Below, in pieces: positions 30,239 through 40,646 of a DNA stretch of 64,000 nt (position 1 is its first letter; each line of letters starts with the position of its first letter). The position numbers and the translations under genes are program-made. The notes under the pieces are model-generated. The model was not told where the DNA came from and ran no database searches. It was given only the letters and a program-made list of their open reading frames with translations. The DNA is from a virus (lineage: Duplodnaviria; Caudoviricetes): the IMG/VR virus record IMGVR_UViG_3300029305_004606, positions 32,001 to 96,000 of that record; one strand, written 5' to 3'.

Positions 30239-32656
30239 ATGAACAGTTTTGATTATTCGAAAATTCAAGATATATTGAATCATCTGTTAGCGAGAGATTT
30301 AAATATCATGACATCTGACAATATTAAATTTGTCAATGATTGTGCTATAAATTTATATCAGATTCCTTATATGAAATATACTCCATCTGATATTGATGGA
30401 TTAAAGAGTATATTAAGAATCTGTAATATCTTGTATAATAGGACTGACCTGAGAGTTCTTCCTATAGAAGATGGATTTTATGATTTGCTCTTAGAATTAT
30501 ATAAGAGATTTGATCCTAATTTTCAGGTTGGATCTGATGTTATAGATTTCGAGTCTGGTACAGATTTTACAACCGATATCGTTAAAAAAGAAATAATATG
30601 TCCAATTGAATTTGTGCCACCAAGAAAGAAAAAAGGTGATGATGATCTTAGAGATCATATATATAATGAAATTATTATGAAAGGAAAATCTACTCTGAAT
30701 AAGAGAGATTTTTATACTTCTCCAATTGAATTCGAAGCAGCTTATATTCCTAAGAGACTTCATAATATTGAACACAATCATCCAACTCTTGTTGGTACTT
30801 TAGATAAAGCAAAATTTGTATTAAATCAGGATGCTATAAATGCTGGTGTATTTAATGATCCGAATGTAAGTATACTAGAAAGAGATTTCTTTCAGGATCA
30901 TCTATCAAAAGGTATCTATGATAAAAATAGAGTAATTCATATTGTTTGTGAAATAAAGTATGATGGAATTTCTGTAGAAGGAGATTGTAATTTTACTCTT
31001 CAGTCTGCTAGATCAAGAGGAGATACAGGAATGGGAGCAGCAAGTGATATGACTCCTATATTGAAGGATTATATATTCAAAAATGCTGCTTGTATGATAG
31101 GCGAAGAACCTGTTGGAGTTAAGTTTGAAGCGATTATGACTAAATCTGATTTATATCGTTTCAATATAGCAAGAGGTAAGAATTATGCAAACTGTAGAAC
31201 AGCTATAGTTGGTCTCTTTGGTGCTAGTGATGCATATTTATATAGAGATTATATTACATTGGTTCCTCTTGCTTTGGACTTAGAACAATTTAATGCAACT
31301 CATCCTAATATTGCTATTACAGATAGATTATCTGAAATTGCTTTCATCAACAGTGTATTCACTTCTAATGGTGAACCTTTAAGATATTGTGTATTTAGCG
31401 GAACTGTTGGCGAAGTATTGTATTTGATAAAAATGTTTGTTGATGAGGCTAAGTATGCTAGAGATTTCTTAAACTTCATGTATGATGGAGTTGTAGTTAG
31501 TATTCTTGATGAAGATATTAGAATGACACTTGGTAGAAAGAATTTCATTAACAAATTCTCTATGGCTGTTAAATTTGATCCACTTGAAAAACAAACTACT
31601 TTTAGAGGATATACTTACGAAGTAGGTCAGCATGGAGATATTACACCTATGATTCATTATGATCCAGTAGAATTTAATGGAACTATTCATACAAAATCAA
31701 CTGGATCGTCTTTGAATAGATTCAAAGATCTTGGTCTTAGACCTGGAGAAATTATCAATGTAACTTATGTAAACGATGTAATGCCTTATGTAAGTAAATT
31801 GGATTGTGTACAAAACAGAGAAAACACCAATCCACCAATTCCATTCATTTCAGAGTGCCCTGTATGTGGTTCCAAACTTATGGAATCTACTTCTGGTAAA
31901 TCTGCATATTGTCCTAATCATGAATGTCCTGCAAGAACAGTGCAGAGAATGACAAATATGTTTGCTAAAATGAATATTAAGGGATTTGCTGCAGCTTCAT
32001 TCACAGCTTTAGGTAAATCTAACTTGAGAGATTTGTGCTCTATGTCTAAATATGAATTAGTAAACATATTGGGAGAAGCAGACGGTAATAATATGGCAGA
32101 AGTTATTTGTAATCTTTTGACAGTAAAACAAAGAGATTATGTTATTATGGGAGCTTTAGGTTTTACTTCTATTGCTAGAAAGAAATGGGAAGATATTTTG
32201 AGACATGTAACATTGAAAGAATTACATGATACTTATCAAAATCTTCTTGATGCTGGCTGTTCTATGGATGAGATATTTGGAAAGTTTTCCTATTATCTTA
32301 GATCTAAGATTCCTAATCTTGGAGAGATTACAGAATATACTATTGTCAAAGAATTTCCATATTTCTTTGCAGATATTAAATTCATTGTAGAGAATATACC
32401 TTTAGAAAATTCTTATGGTATCGATAATAGTGGTAGAATTCAAGTAAGATTCACAGGATTTAGAAATTCACAACTAGTAGAACAGTTAATTACTGCGGGA
32501 TATGACGCAGGAGATGGTTCAATTACAAAGAATACTAATATTCTATTAATTCCTTATACCGGTTTTACTAGCAGTAAAGTAACGAAAGCTGCAAAGATTC
32601 CTAATATTATGATAATGACTGAACAGGAGTTCAGAGAGAGATTTAATATCTATTAA
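30239..32656 (+). CDS. ligA: NAD-dependent DNA ligase
   Basis: Domain Ia PIEDGFYD, KYDG, SRGD, DGVV, AVKF, Zn finger CPVC..CPNHEC, BRCT-like tail. Confidence 0.9.
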   Translation: MNSFDYSKIQDILNHLLARDLNIMTSDNIKFVNDCAINLYQIPYMKYTPSDIDGLKSILRICNILYNRTDLRVLPIEDGFYDLLLELYKRFDPNFQVGSDVIDFESGTDFTTDIVKKEIICPIEFVPPRKKKGDDDLRDHIYNEIIMKGKSTLNKRDFYTSPIEFEAAYIPKRLHNIEHNHPTLVGTLDKAKFVLNQDAINAGVFNDPNVSILERDFFQDHLSKGIYDKNRVIHIVCEIKYDGISVEGDCNFTLQSARSRGDTGMGAASDMTPILKDYIFKNAACMIGEEPVGVKFEAIMTKSDLYRFNIARGKNYANCRTAIVGLFGASDAYLYRDYITLVPLALDLEQFNATHPNIAITDRLSEIAFINSVFTSNGEPLRYCVFSGTVGEVLYLIKMFVDEAKYARDFLNFMYDGVVVSILDEDIRMTLGRKNFINKFSMAVKFDPLEKQTTFRGYTYEVGQHGDITPMIHYDPVEFNGTIHTKSTGSSLNRFKDLGLRPGEIINVTYVNDVMPYVSKLDCVQNRENTNPPIPFISECPVCGSKLMESTSGKSAYCPNHECPARTVQRMTNMFAKMNIKGFAAASFTALGKSNLRDLCSMSKYELVNILGEADGNNMAEVICNLLTVKQRDYVIMGALGFTSIARKKWEDILRHVTLKELHDTYQNLLDAGCSMDEIFGKFSYYLRSKIPNLGEITEYTIVKEFPYFFADIKFIVENIPLENSYGIDNSGRIQVRFTGFRNSQLVEQLITAGYDAGDGSITKNTNILLIPYTGFTSSKVTKAAKIPNIMIMTEQEFRERFNIY

Positions 32657-32756
32657 GAGATTAATTCCCTATAAAGTAAGCTGAAACTTGGTTATATATT
32701 ATAATCAAGATAGCATAGATATCTATTTAAAAATTAATCCTAGGAGGACAAGAACA

Positions 32757-33356
32757 ATGAAATTATTCGAAACAACTTTACCTCAGATGTATTCTAAGGC
32801 ACTTTTTGAGGAGAAATGCTTTGATCTCGCACCCGAGCACACTGATAAGATGTTTGATACTCTGTTTACCGGAACAGCTAACTTACTTAAGTCTATCAAG
32901 AGTCTGGAGAAGCCTGTAGCTTTTGCTATCAGAGAGCTTAATGGAAACCTTGTTGCAGCTGCTATTTGTCAGTATTTCAAGAATGATGATGCTAGTAAGC
33001 CTGGTAACTTCTCTCTGGTTTGGACTTTTGATGAAGCTGATATTCCTGCAGATGCTCTGGTTACATCTCTTGATGATACTAAGACACATTCATTCTTCAT
33101 TGCTGCAGCCGGCAGTAAGTATGGTATCAAGTTTAAGGATGCGAGCTGTGTTGTTAACACATTAAGCTATACAGTTTCTCAGTTAAAGAAGTGGTTGGAT
33201 GAGAATGCTAAAGAAGGATCAATTGTATCCGTAGAACAGGAAGGAATCTTCCAGGGTAGAGTTGAGGTTCAGAATGGTGTTAAGGTATTCGCTATTGAAC
33301 CTCACGGTGAGATCAAGAACCTTATTAAAGATGATGCTGCTATCGAAGAAAGATAA
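32757..33356 (+). CDS. abundant hypothetical protein, possibly HU/IHF-like
   Basis: AGGAGG RBS before ATG 32757; class A promoter at 32692; many C-ending codons; C-terminal FAIEPHGEIKNLIK. Confidence 0.6.
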   Translation: MKLFETTLPQMYSKALFEEKCFDLAPEHTDKMFDTLFTGTANLLKSIKSLEKPVAFAIRELNGNLVAAAICQYFKNDDASKPGNFSLVWTFDEADIPADALVTSLDDTKTHSFFIAAAGSKYGIKFKDASCVVNTLSYTVSQLKKWLDENAKEGSIVSVEQEGIFQGRVEVQNGVKVFAIEPHGEIKNLIKDDAAIEER

Positions 33357-33374
33357 GATTATGCTATCAATATA

Positions 33375-33487
33375 GTGATTGACCAATGATGATACAACCA
33401 AGGTTATCACAGGTATCTATTCAAATTATTATGCTATCGTTTTGAGTAGATTCCTTGTGGTACTTTGGTTGTATCTAGGTCAATTAC
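33375..33487 (+). other. long imperfect RNA hairpin (intergenic)
   Basis: Four stacked helices whose mismatches are all G-U compatible on the + strand. Confidence 0.7.
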
Positions 33488-33537
33488 AACTTTCGAAAAA
33501 CGATTTTGATAATTCTTTTTTGACAGGAGATGCTAAA

Positions 33538-34284
33538 ATGATGATGATGAGTACTTTACCTCCTCTTAATATCTCTGTAACAAAAGCACCTGTAAATGGT
33601 CAAACTTTTGATATTATTGATTATGAGGAATATAGAGAACATTTTGATGCTTATAGTGGAAGATCAGATGTAGCTATTGCTGTAGACCATAGAGGAAGAC
33701 AAATGATGCTTCCGTTTAGAGGAAGTTATAACGGATCTACTACTCCTGGAGTTTATAATGCAGGATGTATTGATTTTATTGTAAAACCGGAAGAAGGTTT
33801 CGCCGACAGATATATTCCGGATCCTGAATCTATTATCTGTTTATCAAATACAGATACCATTAGAGATTTGATCATTAAAGAAGACAGCGTAAAAAAGCTG
33901 GACGAACCTTTCATTACAACGCCCGATAATATAACAAATATTCCGATCAATCCTAATGATCAACCTGAAATGGTTTGTTTAAAGAAAGCATTAAATGCTA
34001 AGAAAATTGATATCGACAAATATGCTGGTAGATTTGGGGATAATTTTCCAAATGATAAAAGACAGCTTAAAAGTAAAGGTGCAACTCTTAATATCATTAA
34101 GAGATATTGTAAGAATTGTGATATGGAAGCTTTACTTATTCTGAGAGATGCTTCTCCAGATGTTGCTAATCCAATGAACACAGAAGTCTGTGTATCTTTA
34201 ACTTCATTGGTAGAAGAAGACGAAATGGACATAAATTCAATTCCATCATATGAGTCTGATGAAGACGATTATGATGAGGATTAA
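33538..34284 (+). CDS. hypothetical protein with acidic tail
   Basis: AGGAG RBS before ATG 33538; the longer TTG start runs through the hairpin. Confidence 0.7.
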   Translation: MMMMSTLPPLNISVTKAPVNGQTFDIIDYEEYREHFDAYSGRSDVAIAVDHRGRQMMLPFRGSYNGSTTPGVYNAGCIDFIVKPEEGFADRYIPDPESIICLSNTDTIRDLIIKEDSVKKLDEPFITTPDNITNIPINPNDQPEMVCLKKALNAKKIDIDKYAGRFGDNFPNDKRQLKSKGATLNIIKRYCKNCDMEALLILRDASPDVANPMNTEVCVSLTSLVEEDEMDINSIPSYESDEDDYDED

Positions 34285-34345
34285 AATTTTTATTCTTTAG
34301 ACTTTTTGTAATAATATATTATTACAATTTTAGGAGGCAGAAATA

Positions 34346-36157
34346 ATGTTTATAGACCAGGCTCAGTTTATGAGACAATTCAATGAAACTCACAGAGAAG
34401 AATTCAATCCTGAGTTATTTGAAAGAAATAATGAAGAGATTGTTGAAGCTATAAAGTCTGTTGTTATGTCATGTCAAAGAGACAAGTATTATACATTAAA
34501 ACTTTTAAGCTTCAAAGCTATCTATAAATATGAAGAGATTTATAACACTCTTAGAGATCATGAAGCTAAACGTAAGAGAAAGAACTCTAAGATTGATAAT
34601 ATCTATGATTTTATCAATATTAGAGATACAGATATGATTCTGATTAAGTTAGAATGGTTAGTAAGACACAATGGTGTTGAAAGAATTGAAGAAGATAATA
34701 AGACTATGGAAGTGGTAAACCCTGAACAGATTTTGGAAGTATTAATTGCAGTTCCTAGATTCGTTAGAAAATACTATTTCCGCTTGTCAGGAAACTTTTA
34801 TACAACCATCTTCCAGATTGTTGACGGTTCTACTTATAACAACTCTACTGCTAGCCAGAGTAAGGTTGATACTGTAACTATGAAGACAATGTTCATGCCT
34901 ATCCGTATCTTTAGAGGTTTCAATACAATGGTAGATAAAAATACTAATAAAGCTGTTAATGCTATTGAGTATCAATCTATTATCTTTAATAATGTAGTGA
35001 ATGTATTGTATTATATCCTTGCAGCTTATGGTATGTATGGTGCTATGAATTTCATGGAGATCAATTGTATTTCAATTACTCCTCATCAGTTTAATCATCC
35101 GGATTATTATTCATTCTGCAAAAATGATTCAATCTATATTAATTGTCCTAAGGTTTGTTTTGACAATGATGCAGTTGTGCAGAGTTTTGTTGCAACAATT
35201 TATGATGGAATTTCGAAGGATGTAACTGATCCTAATATGTTGTTTGATCAGAGATATTGGTTAAGAAATCTGGGTATTATTTTCAAACAGGCTACTGTAG
35301 AAAAAGGTTTATTTGTATTGGATTCTGTTGATGGAATCTATGATAATATTACCTTAAACGATTTACATCTTCCTATGAGAGATAAAGAGAATATCTATTG
35401 TGTACTTAGATGGCTCATTAGAGAATTTTCTAATCTTCGTTCAAAAGAAAATGTAGATGTAACTACAAAACGTATCCGTATTGCTGACTATATTGCAGCT
35501 GTATATGCTACAAAGTTAAACAAAGGTATTCATCGTATTTCAGATATGGGTAGCAAGGTTACTTTAAAGAAAGTTATTCAGGCTATATATACACAACCTA
35601 TGTATGTAATGAATAATATCTCTACAATGAGCAACTTGGTATCATATAGAGATTTGGTTAACGATTTGGATTCACTTACAGCTTTAAAATATACCTATAA
35701 AGGTATTTCAGGTCTTGGTGAGGATGGAGCTAGTATTCAGCCTATATATCGTTATGTAGATCCATCTCATGTTGGTATTCTTGATCTGGATGCTTCGTCT
35801 GCATCAGACCCGGGTATGTCTGGTATGATTTGTCCTATGACAAAATTATATGGTAATGATAGTTCGTTCTCTAATTATATGGAACCTAATGCTTGGAGAG
35901 AGAATTACAAACCATTTGCCGATGCTTATATGAATGGAGCCACTTCGCCTATTGTATTTGATAGACCACCAGAACAGCCTGACTATATGGCTCAAAGAGA
36001 ACAGATTGTTCAGGAAGAACTCGATATCAACAGAATTATTTGTCCTATTCAGAATATTAAGGATCCGAATATTCTGTATACTTGTTCACAGGCTATTATC
36101 GATCAGGATAATAGAAATGAACCGAAGTCTATCTTTACAATTAAAGATGAAAACTAA
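34346..36157 (+). CDS. rpoB: phage RNA polymerase beta N-terminal half (non-virion RNAP)
   Basis: YFRLSGNFYTTIFQIVD; KRIR; RYVDPSHVGILDLDASSASDPGMSG parallels [23 protein letters not shown]. Confidence 0.8.
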   Translation: MFIDQAQFMRQFNETHREEFNPELFERNNEEIVEAIKSVVMSCQRDKYYTLKLLSFKAIYKYEEIYNTLRDHEAKRKRKNSKIDNIYDFINIRDTDMILIKLEWLVRHNGVERIEEDNKTMEVVNPEQILEVLIAVPRFVRKYYFRLSGNFYTTIFQIVDGSTYNNSTASQSKVDTVTMKTMFMPIRIFRGFNTMVDKNTNKAVNAIEYQSIIFNNVVNVLYYILAAYGMYGAMNFMEINCISITPHQFNHPDYYSFCKNDSIYINCPKVCFDNDAVVQSFVATIYDGISKDVTDPNMLFDQRYWLRNLGIIFKQATVEKGLFVLDSVDGIYDNITLNDLHLPMRDKENIYCVLRWLIREFSNLRSKENVDVTTKRIRIADYIAAVYATKLNKGIHRISDMGSKVTLKKVIQAIYTQPMYVMNNISTMSNLVSYRDLVNDLDSLTALKYTYKGISGLGEDGASIQPIYRYVDPSHVGILDLDASSASDPGMSGMICPMTKLYGNDSSFSNYMEPNAWRENYKPFADAYMNGATSPIVFDRPPEQPDYMAQREQIVQEELDINRIICPIQNIKDPNILYTCSQAIIDQDNRNEPKSIFTIKDEN

Positions 36158-36170
36158 AGGAGATTAAGAT

Positions 36171-36410
36171 ATGGTTTACTTCTTACATTCAGATGAACAA
36201 ATCAAAGAGAAAAATAAAATCCTGGCGAACTGTGGAAAGCAGTTCGTGCCAGGAACAGTTACAGTACAAGGTAAAAGATCTACTTTTACTCAGATTTCTA
36301 ATAACCCTAATATTGATAGATTTATCGATACAAAGGTTATTGCAAGTTTCAATAATATTGATGAGGCTACTTATATAGCTCCTACAACAACAGCTATCAG
36401 AGGTGATTAA
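36171..36410 (+). CDS. hypothetical protein
   Basis: 79-aa ORF with AAGGAG RBS. Confidence 0.65.
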   Translation: MVYFLHSDEQIKEKNKILANCGKQFVPGTVTVQGKRSTFTQISNNPNIDRFIDTKVIASFNNIDEATYIAPTTTAIRGD

Positions 36411-36411
36411 A

Positions 36412-37167
36412 ATGAGAAATTTGATTAATCTATATTATAATGCTATTAGTAATAAAGCATTTGAAGGTATTAGATTGGTAAGAGAATTTTTCACAAAAGA
36501 CGGAGACATGTCCAGTTTCAGAAAACTGCGTTCATCTAATATAAGTTTACAAGAAAAAGTTATTTTAACAAGTCTTGACGAAAAATTGAAAATATCTGAA
36601 GAAGATTATGTTCATAATGGATATCTTGCATCTAATGGAGATAGATATATTTTTGTAGATAATCTCGATTTCACTTCAATTTTGTGCACTAAATTTCAGA
36701 CAGTAACAAAACAACCAAATGGAACTAATTTTATTTCAGATATATCTATATTCTTTATCAGTCGTAATTTGTTGAAAAACTGTGATGATAAGCAGGTAAT
36801 TTATACTTGTTATAAAATTGCTCAATGGTATTTCAAGATCTCATTAACGGATATAAATAATAGTCCAATAGCAATATCCGCTTATAGATCAGGATCAGAA
36901 AATATTTTTGACAAAAGAGATATATATGGTAGAGATGATAAGATTTTTTACGTGAATTATCTTATTACTATGATTATGATTTTAGACGTTATGTTTAATT
37001 TCAAATTCAATGATATTATGTTATTTATAGAATCTATATTTACATCTTGTCCATTTTGGTTATCAACAGAAGCTTTTAAAGGTATTTTTGAATATGCTAT
37101 TAATGAGCAACCTGACGATTCAGACTATGTTTTGATATTTAGAGAAATATTTAAAGAGAATAAATAA
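36412..37167 (+). CDS. hypothetical protein
   Basis: ORF with GAGGTG RBS. Confidence 0.65.
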   Translation: MRNLINLYYNAISNKAFEGIRLVREFFTKDGDMSSFRKLRSSNISLQEKVILTSLDEKLKISEEDYVHNGYLASNGDRYIFVDNLDFTSILCTKFQTVTKQPNGTNFISDISIFFISRNLLKNCDDKQVIYTCYKIAQWYFKISLTDINNSPIAISAYRSGSENIFDKRDIYGRDDKIFYVNYLITMIMILDVMFNFKFNDIMLFIESIFTSCPFWLSTEAFKGIFEYAINEQPDDSDYVLIFREIFKENK

Positions 37168-37226
37168 ATTATATGCTAGAAGAGGGGTAACTCTCTTCTA
37201 GCTATTATTTATAGGAGGAATAAATC

Positions 37227-37556
37227 ATGTTAGGAATTGATATGAATATAAAATTGGATGTAAAGAGAGTTACCTCACCTATATATTTTCAACACAGAAA
37301 TGAATGTGTAAGGTGCGGAGCTAAAGGTAAACTCGTTTTTATAGATAGATTTGGAAGAGAATGTACAAGAGAAGTTAATGCGTTAGAGCATATTAAATGT
37401 ACAAACTGTGGTAAGTTATATTCTATTCTTTGGGAACCTAAAGAAGGGACTGATAAGTTAATGCCTTCTCCGATTGATACAAGTATTTCAGTTGATTTTA
37501 TGAATCTGGTTAGATTTAATAAACTTAAAAAAGATGGAGAGAATATTCTTTGTTAA
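37227..37556 (+). CDS. small Zn-ribbon protein
   Basis: CVRC and CTNC; AGGAGG RBS; contains TSPIYF. Confidence 0.7.
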   Translation: MLGIDMNIKLDVKRVTSPIYFQHRNECVRCGAKGKLVFIDRFGRECTREVNALEHIKCTNCGKLYSILWEPKEGTDKLMPSPIDTSISVDFMNLVRFNKLKKDGENILC

Positions 37557-37609
37557 TTACCATCCCTGAAACTTAGTAGTAATATTGAAAACTAAGAGGT
37601 GTAAGAATT

Positions 37610-40282
37610 ATGAAATATTTGCAGGCTACATTTAAGAACTATATAGGTTTTTATAATGGAATGGGTTTGTATGAAGTTAGTATAGATTTCAGAAAATGTA
37701 CTCATAATATCATTCTTATTACTGGTAAGAATGGTTCTGGAAAATCAACATTAATGAATCATCTTAATCCGTTTCCTGATGGTAGCAATTCTTTTATCCC
37801 TGGAAAGACAGCAGAAAAATGTCTTGTATTATTTGATAATGGTGACACATATACAATACAAATTATTTCTCCTGCTGATTTAAAAGGTAGAAAAACTACT
37901 AAAGCTTATATACAAAAGAATGGTGTTGAATTAAATGAAAATGGAAATGTATCATCTTATAAAGATATAGTATTTAACGAATTTGAATTGGATTCTAATT
38001 ATGTTTCTCTTTCTAGATTAAGTAATTCTGATAGAGGATTGGGAGATAAAACACCATCTGAAAGAAAAAGATTTGCTTCTAATATTATAGATAATCTTGA
38101 GATATATAATAATATCTACAAGACTCTTAATAAGAAAAGCTTAATATATAAATCTCATACCAATACTATTCACACTAAGATTCAAAATATTGGCAATGCT
38201 GAGAATTTAAAATCTAGATTGAAGATGCTTCAGGCTAGAGAAGGAGAATTGAATAGAGATATTATGGTTACTAATAATACTATAGTTTCTATAGAAGCTA
38301 AAAATAGTATTGATGAAGATGAAGCTATAAAAATTAAAGCTATCACTGATAAAGAAGCAGAATTATCTGCTCAAGTAGCTATAGTAGAAACTCAAGTTAA
38401 TTCTCATTATCATAGAACTAAAATTAAACCCGAAGATATTAGCAATCAACAAGAGACTGATAAAGCTTTATTAGAATCATATAGATTACAATTATCTCAG
38501 GCTACTGATAAATGGAGAACTGAAAGTCAAAGGTTGAGAGAAACTGATGAAAGTATAGCTTCATTGAGAGCTGAATTAGATTGTAATATAACAGAAACAG
38601 ATATTGTAGATAGATATAATAAATCTCAATCTATTATAGATGAAATTGTTGCAGAATTAAGACAGATGAATATTCCTCTCGATACAGATGTAATGGAGCT
38701 TGAAAGAATAATATCATTCTGTGAAAGATTCTCAGTTGCAATAGACAAATTCAATGATGGTTTAACTCCGAGAGATTTAGAATATATTATTAAAGAATTT
38801 GATTCTATATCTGTGAGAGATATGTTACAGTCTCAGGATATGTTGATCAGTGAAATTGATGCTAATAAACAACAATTAGCAGAAACACAAGGTAAATTAA
38901 AACTTTTAGCTACTCTTGAGGATAGACCAAAAGAATGTAAAATTGATACTTGTCCTTTTATTGCTAATGCTGTTCTGGTAAAGAATGAATTACAAGGAGA
39001 TATTGTAGAAACTTTATCTTTAATTCAGGATACAAATCTTGGATTATCGGAGAAAGTTACAGAAATTCAATCACAGATTGATTATCACAATACAATGTCT
39101 TACAAGAAGCTCGAATTAGATACAATTAGAAGAGAAATTTCGGAAATAAGTTTTATTCTAAAGAAATATTATCCTCAGTTTGTAGAAAATTTTGAAATTA
39201 TGGTTCTTAATATGAATACATTTGGATTCATTCGAGAACATAAAAAAGTTACAGATGTAGCAAATCTATTGAGAATTTTTGCTGCAGAAAAACAACAAAA
39301 TCAGTTGCTGGAATTGGAGTATAGAAATTATAGAGAAAAAGTTCAGTTATTAAATTCCTCTAGAAATATGCTCAATAAATTAGAAAAATCTCAAGCAGAG
39401 TTAATTGAAACTATTGCTAAAGCTAAATCTGATATGGATAGCTATTCTTCTACAGTTATAAGCCTTGAAACTAAGGTTAATAACGAAACAGAATATCTTG
39501 CAGTTTATCTAAGGTACGAAAAATTGTTAGAAGAATATATTGTTGTAAAAGATCAGGTTGAAGAATTTAAAAAGAAATCTTCAAAAGCTTTGGAAGCGTT
39601 ATCTTCTATAACTGCATTGAGAGACAAAATTAATGTTTTATCTGCAGAATTAGAACCTCTGATGAGGGAAATCAATACTATCTCGGGTCAGCTTACTTTG
39701 TTAGATTCATATTACGAAGAATATGCTAAGTATAAACAGAGTTACGATATGATAGAAACACTCAAAAAATACTGTTCCCCTACTTCCGGTGGTATTCAAA
39801 CATTATTCATGCAACTTTATATGAGCAAGACAAAGGATATTGCTAATAGTATTCTTTCAATGTTGTTTAATGGCTCATATAGACTTGAAGATTTTATTAT
39901 CAATGAGAATGAATTTAGAATACCATTTATTGGTGAAGGATTACCTGTAGATGATATTAGTTCTGGATCTGGTGCTCAGATTGCTATGATGGGGATGATT
40001 ATCAATCTGGTATTATTACATCAGGCATCTACTAGATTTAATATTGCTCAATTAGATGAAGTTACAGCAGCTTTAGATTCTTACAATAATTCACTCTTTA
40101 CAAATATCATGTTTTATTGTATGCAGATCTTAAATATAGAACAGTTATTCTTAATTTCTCATTCTACAGAAACTGATAATTCTTATGCTGATATTATTAA
40201 GCTTAAGGGATATGAAAACTACGAGTCAAGTATTCAATCAGGTAATGTAATTTGGGATTTTGACGAAATAATAAAGCAGTAA
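37610..40282 (+). CDS. sbcC: SbcC/Rad50-like SMC ATPase
   Basis: GKNGSGKS, long coiled coils, central Cys pair CKIDTCPF, SSGSG signature, LDE, ISH. Confidence 0.88.
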   Translation: MKYLQATFKNYIGFYNGMGLYEVSIDFRKCTHNIILITGKNGSGKSTLMNHLNPFPDGSNSFIPGKTAEKCLVLFDNGDTYTIQIISPADLKGRKTTKAYIQKNGVELNENGNVSSYKDIVFNEFELDSNYVSLSRLSNSDRGLGDKTPSERKRFASNIIDNLEIYNNIYKTLNKKSLIYKSHTNTIHTKIQNIGNAENLKSRLKMLQAREGELNRDIMVTNNTIVSIEAKNSIDEDEAIKIKAITDKEAELSAQVAIVETQVNSHYHRTKIKPEDISNQQETDKALLESYRLQLSQATDKWRTESQRLRETDESIASLRAELDCNITETDIVDRYNKSQSIIDEIVAELRQMNIPLDTDVMELERIISFCERFSVAIDKFNDGLTPRDLEYIIKEFDSISVRDMLQSQDMLISEIDANKQQLAETQGKLKLLATLEDRPKECKIDTCPFIANAVLVKNELQGDIVETLSLIQDTNLGLSEKVTEIQSQIDYHNTMSYKKLELDTIRREISEISFILKKYYPQFVENFEIMVLNMNTFGFIREHKKVTDVANLLRIFAAEKQQNQLLELEYRNYREKVQLLNSSRNMLNKLEKSQAELIETIAKAKSDMDSYSSTVISLETKVNNETEYLAVYLRYEKLLEEYIVVKDQVEEFKKKSSKALEALSSITALRDKINVLSAELEPLMREINTISGQLTLLDSYYEEYAKYKQSYDMIETLKKYCSPTSGGIQTLFMQLYMSKTKDIANSILSMLFNGSYRLEDFIINENEFRIPFIGEGLPVDDISSGSGAQIAMMGMIINLVLLHQASTRFNIAQLDEVTAALDSYNNSLFTNIMFYCMQILNIEQLFLISHSTETDNSYADIIKLKGYENYESSIQSGNVIWDFDEIIKQ

Positions 40283-40330
40283 AACCACTATATATTAATC
40301 TAAAACTAGATTAGAAAAGGAGGTTTTGTT

Positions 40331-40591
40331 ATGAGATCTAGAGAAGAAATTGTTAAAGAGATTGAAACTCTTGAAGAAAAATACAAGAAATCAAGAAATG
40401 TTGTAGAGAAAGCAAGATTTACTGCTCAGATTAAAGAACTCAATGTTGAACTTGCAGCAATTGGTGTTAACCATGAGCAAAAAATAGTATATCAGAACGA
40501 TGCACCTTCCGTTGCTGATCACAAAAATACCAGAAAGTTATCCAGAGGAGATATTGCTAATGCCGGATCAGCTTTCGTCGGTATTATCTAA
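40331..40591 (+). CDS. hypothetical protein
   Basis: 86-aa ORF with AGGAGG RBS and class B promoter at 40286. Confidence 0.65.
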   Translation: MRSREEIVKEIETLEEKYKKSRNVVEKARFTAQIKELNVELAAIGVNHEQKIVYQNDAPSVADHKNTRKLSRGDIANAGSAFVGII

Positions 40592-40603
40592 AACTAAAAA
40601 GTA

Positions 40604-40640
40604 ATCCCAAGGGTTGTTGAAACCCTTGGGATCTTTATTT
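40604..40640. terminator. bidirectional terminator
   Basis: ATCCCAAGGGTT / AACCCTTGGGAT stem with A and T flanks between convergent genes. Confidence 0.75.
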
Positions 40641-40646
40641 TTACTT

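Noticed and set aside
33379-33537. Hydrophobic N-terminal extension of ORF 33379
   Set aside because: The TTG start lacks an RBS and the region forms a long RNA hairpin. The AGGAG before ATG 33538 is the better start.
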